The notes under the pieces are model-generated. The model made no database searches. It was not told the DNA's origin and saw nothing but the letters and a program-made list of their open reading frames with translations. The position numbers were made by a program, and so were the translations under genes. Positions 30,568 through 40,305 of a stretch of DNA of 64,000 bases are shown here, piece after piece. How positions within the stretch are numbered: position 1 is the first letter of the stretch; every line of letters starts with the position of its first letter. The stretch covers positions 14,960 to 78,959 of the forward strand of contig JBGAKH010000011.1 in the NCBI GenBank assembly GCA_044224515.1, in the 5' to 3' direction. The stretch comes from Chlorobiota bacterium. GTDB taxonomy: Bacteria > Bacteroidota > Ignavibacteria > Kapaibacteriales > NICIL-2.

Positions 30568-31011
30568 TGTCGATCCCCGATTAGTTGGAAATAGGGCACC
30601 GATGTGCACATCAGTGTCCGCTTGATGACTTTGGGTAGTACCTATTTACTCGTGGGAGCTAAAACGACATAACAATGTCCATACATGAGTTGACATGCAG
30701 GAATCTGTCTGCCGATAACGTGCGGTGTGGATCGCACACCTCCAAGTGTGGATGGGAGGTTGGCCCTAATATAACATGGTTTTAGATTAATGCAAGTACT
30801 GTCGTGCATCAATATCGAGTTAAAACAACTTCTCTGAAGTTTTGAGGACTTGTTTGTTGATTACGGGGCCGGGGTGTTAAATAGTAAAGTAGTTGCTTAC
30901 ACCATCAGTTCTACGCACTAGGCCAGGAAGCATGATGAACAGCTTACCACGGGAGGCGTAGACTGTGCCGGGGATGGAGAGGCTAGTTTTGGCCATTATG
31001 AATCTCTTCTG

Positions 31012-31467
31012 TCATGGCCTCTTAAGCCACAAAAAACATGTTGGCTGGGGAAAGTGTATTGCAGTAGTTTGAACTAGATACTCCTTACCGTCGACTACTC
31101 GAATGACAGCATGCCAGCCTGCATCTGATGGACCTTGTGTATAGTTGTATTGACCTGATGCAAACTCAAGCGCTATTGGATCAAATCGAAGTGATCCTTT
31201 CCAAGTTCTTGTAGTACCCTGCCCCAAATTATCAATGCCACTTACTTCAAACATGCCTGCGTTTTTAATGCTTGTTTCTAAACGCACCTTACATTCTGGC
31301 TGAGTAGTTAGTGGTTTGCGTGTGACCGGATTGCAAACAATGTAGTCTCCAGCAATTTTTTTTGATCTGAGATAAAGTAACAATGGACGAACTATGAATT
31401 CGTAACCAACTAAGAAAATCACTGACGCGACGAGATTCAGAAGAATGTTATCTAACACATCACACAT
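31012..31467 (-). CDS. Small membrane-anchored protein (1 N-terminal TM)
   Basis: 151 aa with N-terminal TM helix ILLNLVASVIFLVGYEFIV. Lies 25 nt downstream of the MTase::Mrr gene on the same strand. Confidence 0.4.
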   Translation of the reverse strand: MCDVLDNILLNLVASVIFLVGYEFIVRPLLLYLRSKKIAGDYIVCNPVTRKPLTTQPECKVRLETSIKNAGMFEVSGIDNLGQGTTRTWKGSLRFDPIALEFASGQYNYTQGPSDAGWHAVIRVVDGKEYLVQTTAIHFPQPTCFLWLKRP

Positions 31468-31492
31468 ATGAGCTCCTAATTCATGGTTGCTA

Positions 31493-33151
31493 CTACAGCC
31501 CTAACTGGTCCTGTTGGCCACGTCGTTCTATTTGTGCTTTCTTGAAGTTGAGTGCACCAACACCCAAGTCTGGATATTCAGCCCTCTTCGTTTTGTTCAG
31601 TAATTGCTCGATTGTGAGGATCTGCACCTTGGGATACTGCCGTCCGATCGCGGAGTCATAATATCCGGCAGTTATAGCCTCAGTCTCCATTGGCTTGGTG
31701 GGTGCTGCCAACGTAACGAAGAGCCCAATGGATGCCTTCTCGCGGTCCACGACGTGCGCAAGGTCGCGCACCATGGCAACATTTACATTGTCACCACCTT
31801 TGACCGACACGACGATCTTCTTTGCAGCACCGGCGTCATCTTGGAAGTAGATGAGTCCATCGATGCCACCATCAGCGCCTTTCTTTTTGCCTTGAAAAGG
31901 CTGAGCGTTGACTAGTGAGCATGCCCACCATTGGAATTGATACTTGTCGCGCAGGGCAAGGTCCTTTGCGCTGTCGAGATCTTTCGGAGTTCCCTCGACG
32001 TCAAACTTGATACCTGGAAAGGCATCACGTAGTCTTTTCTCGATCAGAGAAATTGCAAGGTGCGTGATGTCTATGCCGATCCATTGCCGGCCGAGTTTCT
32101 GTGCTGCATGGACGGCTGTGCCGCAACCGCAGAAGGGATCCAACACAACACCTGAATCTTCTGTGGATGACCGAATGATCCTTTCTAAAAGCGCGATGGG
32201 TTTCTGAGTTGGATAACCAAGACGCTCTAAGGCTTGAGGATTTACTGGTGGGATATCTACCCATATATTCTGCAGGGGAACACCTGGCATTTCGTCAGCG
32301 TACTGAAGAAGAGTTGGCGTGCCAGTCCTAGTGTAACGCAATAGACCTTGGGATTCGTACTCCTCCATTTTTTCACGTTTAATGGCCCAGGTTCTGGTCG
32401 AAGCAGGCAACCTACCCTTCCATTCGTAAAGTAGCGACGCCGATCCCGAACTGTGTCGCGGAGCATCCAGTGGAACGGTCCGATAGTATCTCCCGTTTTC
32501 GTCCTTCTTAAAATGCGTATTGTAATATTCCTCTCGATACGCGGTGTGCTGTGTGTGCCAAAAAGATTTGCTGCTTTTCGTGTAATATAGAATAGTGTCG
32601 GAAACACGACCAAACGCCTTTGGATCATTATGGGCGTTCGCTCGTTTCCAAATTATTTCATTTTTGAACATTGCGTTCCCAAACACACCATCTAACAAAA
32701 TCTTGAGATAATGACTTGCAGTGGAGTCGCAATGAAGAAAGAGCGACCCCGTGGACCTTAGTACTCGGTGCAATTCAAGTAGCCGGTTTGCCATCATCAC
32801 TAGATACGCCATCATGTCATTCTCACCAAGGAACGAACGCAGCGCTCGAATCATCTCCGCGACATCAGTATTGCGCTGATGCAGGATCTCATTGAACTCA
32901 CGCTCAGCCTGTTCTCCCCAGTGCCATGAATCCTCAAAGGCCGTGATCTGTGCTTCGGACTGGTGACCTTTGGGGGACTTGAACAGGAGGTTATAGTCCC
33001 GCTTCGAGTTGAACGGCGGATCCAAGTAGATCAGGTCGACAGACTCGGACGCGATGTGGTCGCGCAGGATGTTGAGGTTGTCGCCGAAGAAGAGTTTGTT
33101 CATATCATTTCCAGTCCCTTTTGAGTCAAAAAGATAGGGTAGGTCCGCCAA
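31493..33151 (-). CDS. N6-adenine/N4-cytosine DNA methyltransferase fused to a C-terminal Mrr-type PD-(D/E)XK nuclease domain
   Basis: Motif IV IYLDPPFNS precedes motif I VLDPFCGCGTAVHAA (beta-class amino-MTase order). The C-terminal ~130 aa carry GADGGIDGLIY...KKIVVSVKGG, the DGGIDG/(V/I)xxK signature of Mrr_cat restriction-endonuclease folds. Confidence 0.7.
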   Translation of the reverse strand: MADLPYLFDSKGTGNDMNKLFFGDNLNILRDHIASESVDLIYLDPPFNSKRDYNLLFKSPKGHQSEAQITAFEDSWHWGEQAEREFNEILHQRNTDVAEMIRALRSFLGENDMMAYLVMMANRLLELHRVLRSTGSLFLHCDSTASHYLKILLDGVFGNAMFKNEIIWKRANAHNDPKAFGRVSDTILYYTKSSKSFWHTQHTAYREEYYNTHFKKDENGRYYRTVPLDAPRHSSGSASLLYEWKGRLPASTRTWAIKREKMEEYESQGLLRYTRTGTPTLLQYADEMPGVPLQNIWVDIPPVNPQALERLGYPTQKPIALLERIIRSSTEDSGVVLDPFCGCGTAVHAAQKLGRQWIGIDITHLAISLIEKRLRDAFPGIKFDVEGTPKDLDSAKDLALRDKYQFQWWACSLVNAQPFQGKKKGADGGIDGLIYFQDDAGAAKKIVVSVKGGDNVNVAMVRDLAHVVDREKASIGLFVTLAAPTKPMETEAITAGYYDSAIGRQYPKVQILTIEQLLNKTKRAEYPDLGVGALNFKKAQIERRGQQDQLGL

Positions 33152-33153
33152 CG

Positions 33154-33699
33154 TTACTTCTTTAATCGCTTATCTTCAGTTTGAATTATGTCCTCCATCC
33201 ATTCGTCGATTATTACTTTAACGACATACCAAACAGCTAGTATGACGCTAATTGTTGTTGCTGATAGTGCTAAGCATAATGCTGCCGTCCAATCTCGTAA
33301 GACCAGCCCAAAACTAATTTGTGCTGTTGATGTTAGATATGATAAGAGTACGCTATATAAAAGTAACTTACTAAGATTCTCCATTGGGGTGAACTTGTTC
33401 TCGATGTTTGGATTTTTCGTTCGAGCATCGGCGTATTTCTTCTCATAATTATCATTTTCAAACACTTCTTTAGCCTTTGCCAATATGAATGTCTTCATAG
33501 ATAGTAGAAAGCTTCCAGCTGTGATAAAGCCTGTAAACATGGCAGGTCTTATCTTTTCGAAAGTTTCCAAGAATTTTGCATCACAATTGACAATGTGATA
33601 GACAATCGCACCTACGCCTACAAATACGATAGATGAAGTTAGTAAAATACCTCTTGGTGTGGGTGAGAATATATTCAATGTGTGGATGGTCGAATTCAT
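33154..33699 (-). CDS. Small 4-TM membrane protein
   Basis: 181 aa with four hydrophobic helices. Overlaps the upstream gene by 4 nt (ATGA), and its stop abuts the MTase start. Confidence 0.45.
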   Translation of the reverse strand: MNSTIHTLNIFSPTPRGILLTSSIVFVGVGAIVYHIVNCDAKFLETFEKIRPAMFTGFITAGSFLLSMKTFILAKAKEVFENDNYEKKYADARTKNPNIENKFTPMENLSKLLLYSVLLSYLTSTAQISFGLVLRDWTAALCLALSATTISVILAVWYVVKVIIDEWMEDIIQTEDKRLKK

Positions 33700-34655
33700 G
33701 AATTTATCACATCGCGTGCTTCAGTGTTGGCCAAATCAATTAAATGGCTAACCAATCTAGATGAGCTTAGATCCGCAGCCAATGTCTCGGCAGTGTAGTG
33801 TATGTTAGCAAAAATGTCATTGAAATTGACACGTTCCACAATCATCTTGTCCGATGTTGCTAGAGAATCGAAATGTCGATAGTTGTCATCGGAATCCAAT
33901 CCAGTTATTTTGTATTGAATCTCATTGTTGCTGCTGACGAAACTACGTAAAAACTGCTTCAACTGTCCAGCCATTCTCGATTCACGACGAACAACAAATT
34001 TCTCAGTCCTGCGCTCAACGAACTCTCTTAAACGCGCGTATCCTCGAGGTAGCTGGCGGAGTTGTGCATGCTCTACAGAAAACTCAAAGCCTGAGACTGA
34101 CTGAATGGCATTAAGAAAATCATCCAAGTTATTAGTATTCATAATCAAGATAGGATTTACAAGCGACTCTTGCCATTGCTTCTTGATGCGTGCTTTTTCT
34201 ATAGGGGTCAAATCGTTGTCTGGAGATTCGTAGTGGGAATTTTCTAACACTCCATATTTTCTCCGGATAAAAGTAAAAAATTCGGAAATGGATGTAGACC
34301 CCGAATAGTGCTGATATAGACCGTGCAGTAGTTTTGGATTATGACTATCAATACGCAGTAAAAAGTGATTGAACTCGGCCATCTTTTCATTGTCGTCGAA
34401 TCTCTGAGGGTCTACAGTAAAAGCTTGAGTCGTGCCCGTTATTTTGATAAAAGCATCCATGTTCTTGATGCGCAGCAATACGCCACACCAATATGGATAA
34501 TCGGCATCGGTTATATTAGCGAAGGGAAGCATTCCATAAATGATGTTGCCTCTATACACTTCTACAGCGGTGCTTGTATTAATATCATTAACAAGCTCAT
34601 CTGCTGTAGTGACACCAGTTAATAGTATGCTAAAAGCGTATGTAAAAACTTCCAT
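33696..34655 (-). CDS. Hypothetical cytoplasmic protein (first gene of the MTase::Mrr operon)
   Basis: 319 aa, no recognisable motif. Translationally coupled to the 4-TM gene. Confidence 0.4.
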   Translation of the reverse strand: MEVFTYAFSILLTGVTTADELVNDINTSTAVEVYRGNIIYGMLPFANITDADYPYWCGVLLRIKNMDAFIKITGTTQAFTVDPQRFDDNEKMAEFNHFLLRIDSHNPKLLHGLYQHYSGSTSISEFFTFIRRKYGVLENSHYESPDNDLTPIEKARIKKQWQESLVNPILIMNTNNLDDFLNAIQSVSGFEFSVEHAQLRQLPRGYARLREFVERRTEKFVVRRESRMAGQLKQFLRSFVSSNNEIQYKITGLDSDDNYRHFDSLATSDKMIVERVNFNDIFANIHYTAETLAADLSSSRLVSHLIDLANTEARDVINS

Positions 34656-34973
34656 TTGTCGCGAACAGAAATGATTGCTATTCCAGATACAGTAGTGTCG
34701 AGCTCAAGTATAGTATTATTTCTTAAATGCAGACTACACAAAAACTACACAGTTGCTAAGAATTAATAACTTCCACATCCCACTCCCAGGCCCAGCAATC
34801 ACTGCCGTTGTCCAAGTAGACATTGTAGCAGGTCTTCACACCGCCCTCATGCCTATCGATCGTGTGTTTTCGCTCTACGCCAAGCTGCTGGTACATCTCC
34901 GAAAACACCCTCGCGCCAATTGAGAGAACGTAGCCTCTGAAGGTGTTGGTGGAGAGGACGAGCCAATATGACC

Positions 34974-35951
34974 TTACAACCCACCCCGAATACCAAAACC
35001 AACACTCAACCCTCGATCCGCGTCGTAATGAATCGTGGCACTACCTTGCTCTCCTAGACCTAGTCGAAGTCCGCCGCAGGGTTGCCAATCCGTACCTGAA
35101 CCGGTATAGACCTGTTGATTCGAGTAAATAGAATACTCACCTGTATAGTATGCTGCTCCAAGGTCAATTGACGTGTTCTTCGTTATCGGAATACTGATCC
35201 CAAATGAGATACCGCTCATGCTCAGCTCTCCCATCGGGAATACATCTTTTGATGGCTGCAGGAAGGATGTATACTCAGCCCACACATAAGAAACCCTGGC
35301 AATCACACCAGCACCACCGATTGTAGTTGACGCCCGGCTTGACGCAAGGGACAATGAAAACCCCAAGTCAAGGCTATTGCGAAATGCCGCAAGATAATCG
35401 TCGTCACTGTTAGTTATGTCGCAAGTGGATGCGCAATACTCTAGCTTTGTTAGATAAGCGTTCGACCCATTGTGTTTTTGCTCTATGCTCAGAACTGCAT
35501 CCATTTCGTTGGGCATTCCACAGCGCGCCGACCATCTATATAGAAGCTCATTCTCATTCGGCTGGCTGAATGAACCTGATCCGTAATCACTTGCAAGCGA
35601 ATCCTTGGCCTGCTTGAATGCTGCTAGTACGCTTGAATTTAAACTAAGTACTGATTGCCTGAACGTAACGACCGACTGCCCACTGAAGTAAACGATAACA
35701 ACCTGTTCGGTTGTTAGGGCGGAACTCGTTTTGACGTACTTCCTGTACTCGGCAACATCTACAGATGGCTTGTAGCCAAGGGCTAAAATGGCTTTCTGAA
35801 AACCAAGTGTATCTGTTGGGATCTTGACGACCATTTGCTCATCAAGGATATATATTCTCGGGCACAATGTAGGGGAGCTCCATAGGCACGTCACGTCAAA
35901 CGCAATGGCAGAAATGAGTATTAAAAATCTTCGCATCAAGCAGAATGCCAC
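34974..35951 (-). CDS. Secreted/lipoprotein beta-rich protein co-transcribed with the prophage repressor
   Basis: Signal peptide (RRFLILISAIAFDVTC). Gly/Ser/Tyr-rich beta-strand-like C-terminal half. Start codon lies 4 nt downstream of the repressor stop. Confidence 0.45.
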   Translation of the reverse strand: MAFCLMRRFLILISAIAFDVTCLWSSPTLCPRIYILDEQMVVKIPTDTLGFQKAILALGYKPSVDVAEYRKYVKTSSALTTEQVVIVYFSGQSVVTFRQSVLSLNSSVLAAFKQAKDSLASDYGSGSFSQPNENELLYRWSARCGMPNEMDAVLSIEQKHNGSNAYLTKLEYCASTCDITNSDDDYLAAFRNSLDLGFSLSLASSRASTTIGGAGVIARVSYVWAEYTSFLQPSKDVFPMGELSMSGISFGISIPITKNTSIDLGAAYYTGEYSIYSNQQVYTGSGTDWQPCGGLRLGLGEQGSATIHYDADRGLSVGFGIRGGL

Positions 35952-35954
35952 AGC

Positions 35955-36647
35955 TTAAAGCTTAGGCTTGTAGTTTTTAATGTCAGTGTGAACAGACAGT
36001 ACAACACCTTGAAGTACAGCAGGTGCATCTTCGGTTAAAGGAATGTCTTTGTATCGTTTCGGGCTTTCGCTGCGCAGCCTCAACGTTCCTTCCTCTTCAA
36101 CCAGCCGCTTGACTAAAGTAACACCATTCCTGTTCGCGACGACAATCTGACCAATCAGATCGCGCCAATCCTTGCGAACCCTTGTACACACAAGGAAGCT
36201 CCCATCAAGTATCCCCGCGTAAACCATCGAGTCGCCGGAAGCGAACATGCAAAACCCATCTTCTGGTTTGTCTATTAGCGATGCATCCACTTCACGCTCA
36301 AATGGCGTCGGAGCATCGAGAGGGACTCCAAGCCCAGCGTTAGCATTCTGCGGATAGAACTTGATCTTAACAGTTGTTGCTGTAAAGCTGACGGAATTCT
36401 TAACAAACTGTGCATTAGATTTTGGAGCCTGGTGCGATGAAGCCAAATCGCCTGAAAATAGCATTTCAGCTGGCACCTCAAGTTTGGAAAGCACCAAATC
36501 ACGATCAATTGTGCCTCTGCGCTTCCAATTAGATATCGTAGCAGCTGTCACACCCAAGGCATCGGCCAGCTCTTTATCAGACCTAAAGCCCTGTGAATGT
36601 TTAATGTTGAAAATAATATTTTCAATCTGTAAAGATTTTGCTTGCAT
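35955..36647 (-). CDS. CI/LexA-like prophage repressor (XRE HTH + S24 peptidase domain)
   Basis: N-terminal HTH (ELADALGVTAATISNWKRRG). C-terminal S24 autopeptidase motifs FASGDSMV (Ser) and VTLVKRL (Lys). Confidence 0.8.
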   Translation of the reverse strand: MQAKSLQIENIIFNIKHSQGFRSDKELADALGVTAATISNWKRRGTIDRDLVLSKLEVPAEMLFSGDLASSHQAPKSNAQFVKNSVSFTATTVKIKFYPQNANAGLGVPLDAPTPFEREVDASLIDKPEDGFCMFASGDSMVYAGILDGSFLVCTRVRKDWRDLIGQIVVANRNGVTLVKRLVEEEGTLRLRSESPKRYKDIPLTEDAPAVLQGVVLSVHTDIKNYKPKL

Positions 36648-36708
36648 GATGTAAACAAACTGTTTAGTTTCGCGTCACAGAAAAACACAACGCGACACAA
36701 TTTAGCAC

Positions 36709-36906
36709 ATGGCTACAAATACAAAAGCAGTAGAAACACGTAGTGGCCCGAAACGCAGAACGTTAAGCGTGAACGAGAAAACGGTCGAGTTGATTGAACG
36801 GATAGCTGAGTCTCACGTGCCACGGTTGACGTATTCGCAGGTGATCGAGCTGGCAGTTGTAGGACTCGCAAAGGTGACGAAGCTAAAGCCAAGGAGAAAG
36901 AAATGA
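36709..36906 (+). CDS. Cro-like small DNA-binding protein
   Basis: 65-aa ORF divergent from the repressor across a 60-bp operator region. Confidence 0.4.
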   Translation: MATNTKAVETRSGPKRRTLSVNEKTVELIERIAESHVPRLTYSQVIELAVVGLAKVTKLKPRRKK

Positions 36907-37082
36907 GCACCACACTCGACAAAGTCCGCACGCGATCCAGCCGCGAAAGGCTAGCTCCCGATCTGGCATTCAAGCCAACAGAGGCGCAAAGCCGCTGGAT
37001 CATAAAAGAGGCAAAGCGCCTCAAGATCAAACGCACAGAGTTTCTTAGGCGAATTGTTCAGGTAGTGATGGAGGAGGCTTAA
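36903..37082 (+). CDS. Ribbon-helix-helix (CopG/Arc-like) small protein
   Basis: 59-aa ORF not in the supplied track: MSTTLDKVRTRSSRERLAPDLAFKPTEAQSRWIIKEAKRLKIKRTEFLRRIVQVVMEEA. ATGA overlap with the preceding gene; the KRTEFLRRIV pattern is typical of RHH proteins. Confidence 0.35.
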   Translation: MSTTLDKVRTRSSRERLAPDLAFKPTEAQSRWIIKEAKRLKIKRTEFLRRIVQVVMEEA

Positions 37083-37442
37083 ATGTTCATCGAAGAGAAA
37101 CTAACCGTGCTGCAAAACAGCCTCTGTGACATTCTCACAGCACTGACTAACCAGCAAGACAAGCTCGAGCGTATCGCGGCTGTTGTTGAGAAGATGCTGC
37201 CGGACACCATGTCCACACAAGAGATTGCAGCCACACTAGGCTGTCATAAGGTAACTGTTCAAAAGATGTTTCGCACTGGCGTGCTCACGAATGTTGGCAA
37301 GAGTAAGAGTATGCGTGCAACCAGAGATCAAGTAGCAGCAGTTCTTAAAGGTGAATCGACGCTGCCAGAGGACAAACCGGTGCAGCGGAAAGTGAATCGC
37401 GGAACAGCGCTGTATGCAAGCGCTCCAAAGAGATTGAAATAA
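37083..37442 (+). CDS. HTH DNA-binding protein (excisionase/early regulator-like)
   Basis: MSTQEIAATLGCHKVTVQKMFRTGVL helix-turn-helix; 119 aa. Confidence 0.45.
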   Translation: MFIEEKLTVLQNSLCDILTALTNQQDKLERIAAVVEKMLPDTMSTQEIAATLGCHKVTVQKMFRTGVLTNVGKSKSMRATRDQVAAVLKGESTLPEDKPVQRKVNRGTALYASAPKRLK

Positions 37443-37810
37443 AAACGCCCCGATCTGATTTAGCGAGAAGATCGAGGCGCACAGTTCACGTGTGGAACCA
37501 TTCACAACCAAATATAAGGAAAGGCTTAGTATGACAGCCACAATTTACATCTGCTCGGTGCTGCTAGCCGTAGTGCTTACCACAGTGGCAGTCCGCAAGT
37601 CGGATGAGAAGCGTCTGCGCTACTGGAAGCGCCGGTGCGCCTCTTTTGAATCGGTCCTCAACCAGGACCGTTGCGTAAGGAGGATCTCATGAAGACACTC
37701 ATCACTGCGCTTTTAGTGCTCTCAGCCGTGCTCTACGCTTGCCAGAGCGATAATGCCTGCAAGGGTAACGCCTGCAAAGCAGAACGCGACTTCTATGAAG
37801 GGGTGTTGCT

Positions 37811-38785
37811 ATGACGGACTCTCTCGACATCGTTGAAGCATCACCGGCGTTCATCTCAGAGCTTGTAAAGAAGCGTAGACCAAATCTGTGGCGCATGGAC
37901 GGTCAAGGTTTCCGCTTCTACTATGAGCTCGGCGGTCCTCGGATCATCTTCCGCGCGAGCTGGACCTCAGCTATCGGTGATCAACTAGGTTTCCCCATAG
38001 GCTTGCTCGACTGGTACCTCAAACATGGCAAAAAGGAAGCCGAACGTTTGCGTGACGAACGCGCACACTACGGCTCTTGTCTTCACCTGGTACTTGCATA
38101 CTTCGCCGAAACTCGGCGGATCAAACCTTCAGGCATCGAGAACATCATCTTGAGCTATGCTGCCAAAAAGGGGCTTGCAGAGGCAGCTACGCTTGCAGAC
38201 TGGCGCCATGATATGATGAGCGATACGCTCGCATTCGCGCAGTTCATTAACGACAAGAACGTTGTCCCGATCGCAATCGAAATCCCGCTCGTGTCCGAGC
38301 ACTACAACTTGGCAGGCACCATTGACATGATCTGCGAAATGGACTTCAACAAGAAGCGCGTTATCGCCGTGGTCGACATCAAGAGCGGGCGCAAAGGCTT
38401 CTACGAATCTCACGCCATCCAGCTTGCTGCGTATCAAGCAATGTGGAATGAGAACTTCCCGGAGCTGCAAGCGACCATGTGTTTTAACTGGTCGCCAAAA
38501 GAGTGGACCAAGACTCCTACGTACAACCTTGTAAACCAAACTGAGAACGGTAGCGCTTTAAAGCTTGACTCGCTGGTGCGAATGTTCTTCATCGATCATC
38601 CATGCCCGGAGCCAAAGCCAGTTAGACAGTTCACAGGTGATATCACATTTGGCATGGACCTCACTGGAATCTACCGCGACGTTGACATCCAGGAATACCT
38701 GCAGGCAAAGCACTCCGACTACTACTCATCGCTCGAAGCCGATGCTGCCAGCAACAAGCAACAGTTACTCTCCGCAGACTTCTAG
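37811..38785 (+). CDS. PD-(D/E)XK-family nuclease (YqaJ/RecB-like phage recombination exonuclease)
   Basis: GTIDMICEMD...VVDIKSGRK gives a D...E.K / D-I-K catalytic arrangement; 324 aa in the phage early region. Confidence 0.45.
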   Translation: MTDSLDIVEASPAFISELVKKRRPNLWRMDGQGFRFYYELGGPRIIFRASWTSAIGDQLGFPIGLLDWYLKHGKKEAERLRDERAHYGSCLHLVLAYFAETRRIKPSGIENIILSYAAKKGLAEAATLADWRHDMMSDTLAFAQFINDKNVVPIAIEIPLVSEHYNLAGTIDMICEMDFNKKRVIAVVDIKSGRKGFYESHAIQLAAYQAMWNENFPELQATMCFNWSPKEWTKTPTYNLVNQTENGSALKLDSLVRMFFIDHPCPEPKPVRQFTGDITFGMDLTGIYRDVDIQEYLQAKHSDYYSSLEADAASNKQQLLSADF

Positions 38786-38811
38786 AATCTTGAAACCAAC
38801 TCTTTACAACA

Positions 38812-40275
38812 ATGAAAATCGCAAAAATCAAAATCCAAAACATCGTCGGTATCGACGAGTTCGAAGTAGAGCCGGGACGCCTGACACTGATCGAAGGCAA
38901 GAACGGAAAAGGCAAGTCATCAGTGCTTAAAGGTATTGAGACCGCACTCGGCGGTGGGGATTACGCAGAGCTTCTTCGCAAGGGCATGGGAGTAGCCGAG
39001 ACCGTACTTGTGCTCGATGACAACACCGAGATCCGCCGCAAGATCACAATGAATGGTGAAGGGGAAGTAAGCGGCAAGGTCACGGTCACCAATGGTGACG
39101 GTATGAAGGCTGCCAAGCCTCAGACTTGGATCGATGCACTCTACAATCCTCTTCAGACAAATCCGCTGGCGCTTCTTGCCACCGACAAGAAGTCACGCGA
39201 TGAGCGTCTTCAAGTGCTCCTGGAAGCTGTGCCGATGAAGCTCACGCGCGCCGAGATGGAGCAGAAGTTCCCAGCGCTAAAGAGCACGTGCGGGCAGCTT
39301 GACTATTCGCGTCATGCACTTGAAGTCTATGACAAGCTCTACGACATCGTATTCAAATCTCGCACCGAGATCAACCGCGATGCAAAGAAGCTCACCGGAA
39401 CAATCGCGCAGCTCACTGACGCTCTAGGGGGACGCACAGTCAATGAGAACATCGATCAAGAGCTCCTAGATCTCACAGATGTGCGCATAAAGCTTGAGGG
39501 CTTGCGTGATAAGTATATCAATGAGTTCGCACTCGAGCGCCGATCGGCAGACCAAGCAGCCAACGACAAGCATGCAGCAACGCTAGAGCTCCTTGCAAAG
39601 GAGAAAGAGGAAGCACAGGCAAAGGTCATGCAGACCTATAACGAACGCCTGCAGGAGCTCAACCAATGGAAGCAGCAGCAAACCGAGTACAACTCCTCGG
39701 TTTATATGAGCGGCAAGGACAACTGCGACACCATCAAAACAAACGAGCTCGCTGCTTCAACCGAAGCACACGACAAGAATCTCGGTGAAAAGATGGAGCT
39801 TTTCAAAGCCAAGTACGATCCTGTCACTACCCGCATCGCTGAGCTGAGTAAGGACAAGGAGGATGAGAAGGCGATCCGGATCCAGACGGAAATGAGGGAC
39901 AAGGCAGTTAAGGAGTTCGAAGAACTCGATGTGAAGTCCAAGTCCATGACAGAAAGCCTGGATGCCATCAAAGCTGCGAAAGAATCGATGCTGAAAAACA
40001 TCCCGATCCCGGGTCTTGAGATTAAGGACGCAGACATCTACTACAACGGCATCAGCTTCGATATGCTCAACATGGCTAAGCGCATTGACCTCTCGGTCGA
40101 GATCGCAAAGCTCAGCGCCGGTAAGCTTGGCATCATCTGCGTAGACGGTCTGGAGAACTTCGACAGCGAGACACTCGCGGCGTTTGAAGCCAAGTGCAAA
40201 GACTCTGACCTTCAAGTCATAGCTACGCGAGTGAGCGATGACGCAGAGCTCACGGTCCACACCATCGGCAACTAA
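38812..40275 (+). CDS. SMC/RecF/SbcC-like P-loop ATPase with long coiled coil
   Basis: N-terminal Walker A LIEGKNGKGKSS. Central coiled-coil region. C-terminal LGIICVDGLENFD (Walker B/D-loop). Confidence 0.6.
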   Translation: MKIAKIKIQNIVGIDEFEVEPGRLTLIEGKNGKGKSSVLKGIETALGGGDYAELLRKGMGVAETVLVLDDNTEIRRKITMNGEGEVSGKVTVTNGDGMKAAKPQTWIDALYNPLQTNPLALLATDKKSRDERLQVLLEAVPMKLTRAEMEQKFPALKSTCGQLDYSRHALEVYDKLYDIVFKSRTEINRDAKKLTGTIAQLTDALGGRTVNENIDQELLDLTDVRIKLEGLRDKYINEFALERRSADQAANDKHAATLELLAKEKEEAQAKVMQTYNERLQELNQWKQQQTEYNSSVYMSGKDNCDTIKTNELAASTEAHDKNLGEKMELFKAKYDPVTTRIAELSKDKEDEKAIRIQTEMRDKAVKEFEELDVKSKSMTESLDAIKAAKESMLKNIPIPGLEIKDADIYYNGISFDMLNMAKRIDLSVEIAKLSAGKLGIICVDGLENFDSETLAAFEAKCKDSDLQVIATRVSDDAELTVHTIGN

Positions 40276-40305
40276 TCCACTTTTATTCATTGGAGGAATC
40301 ACTAT

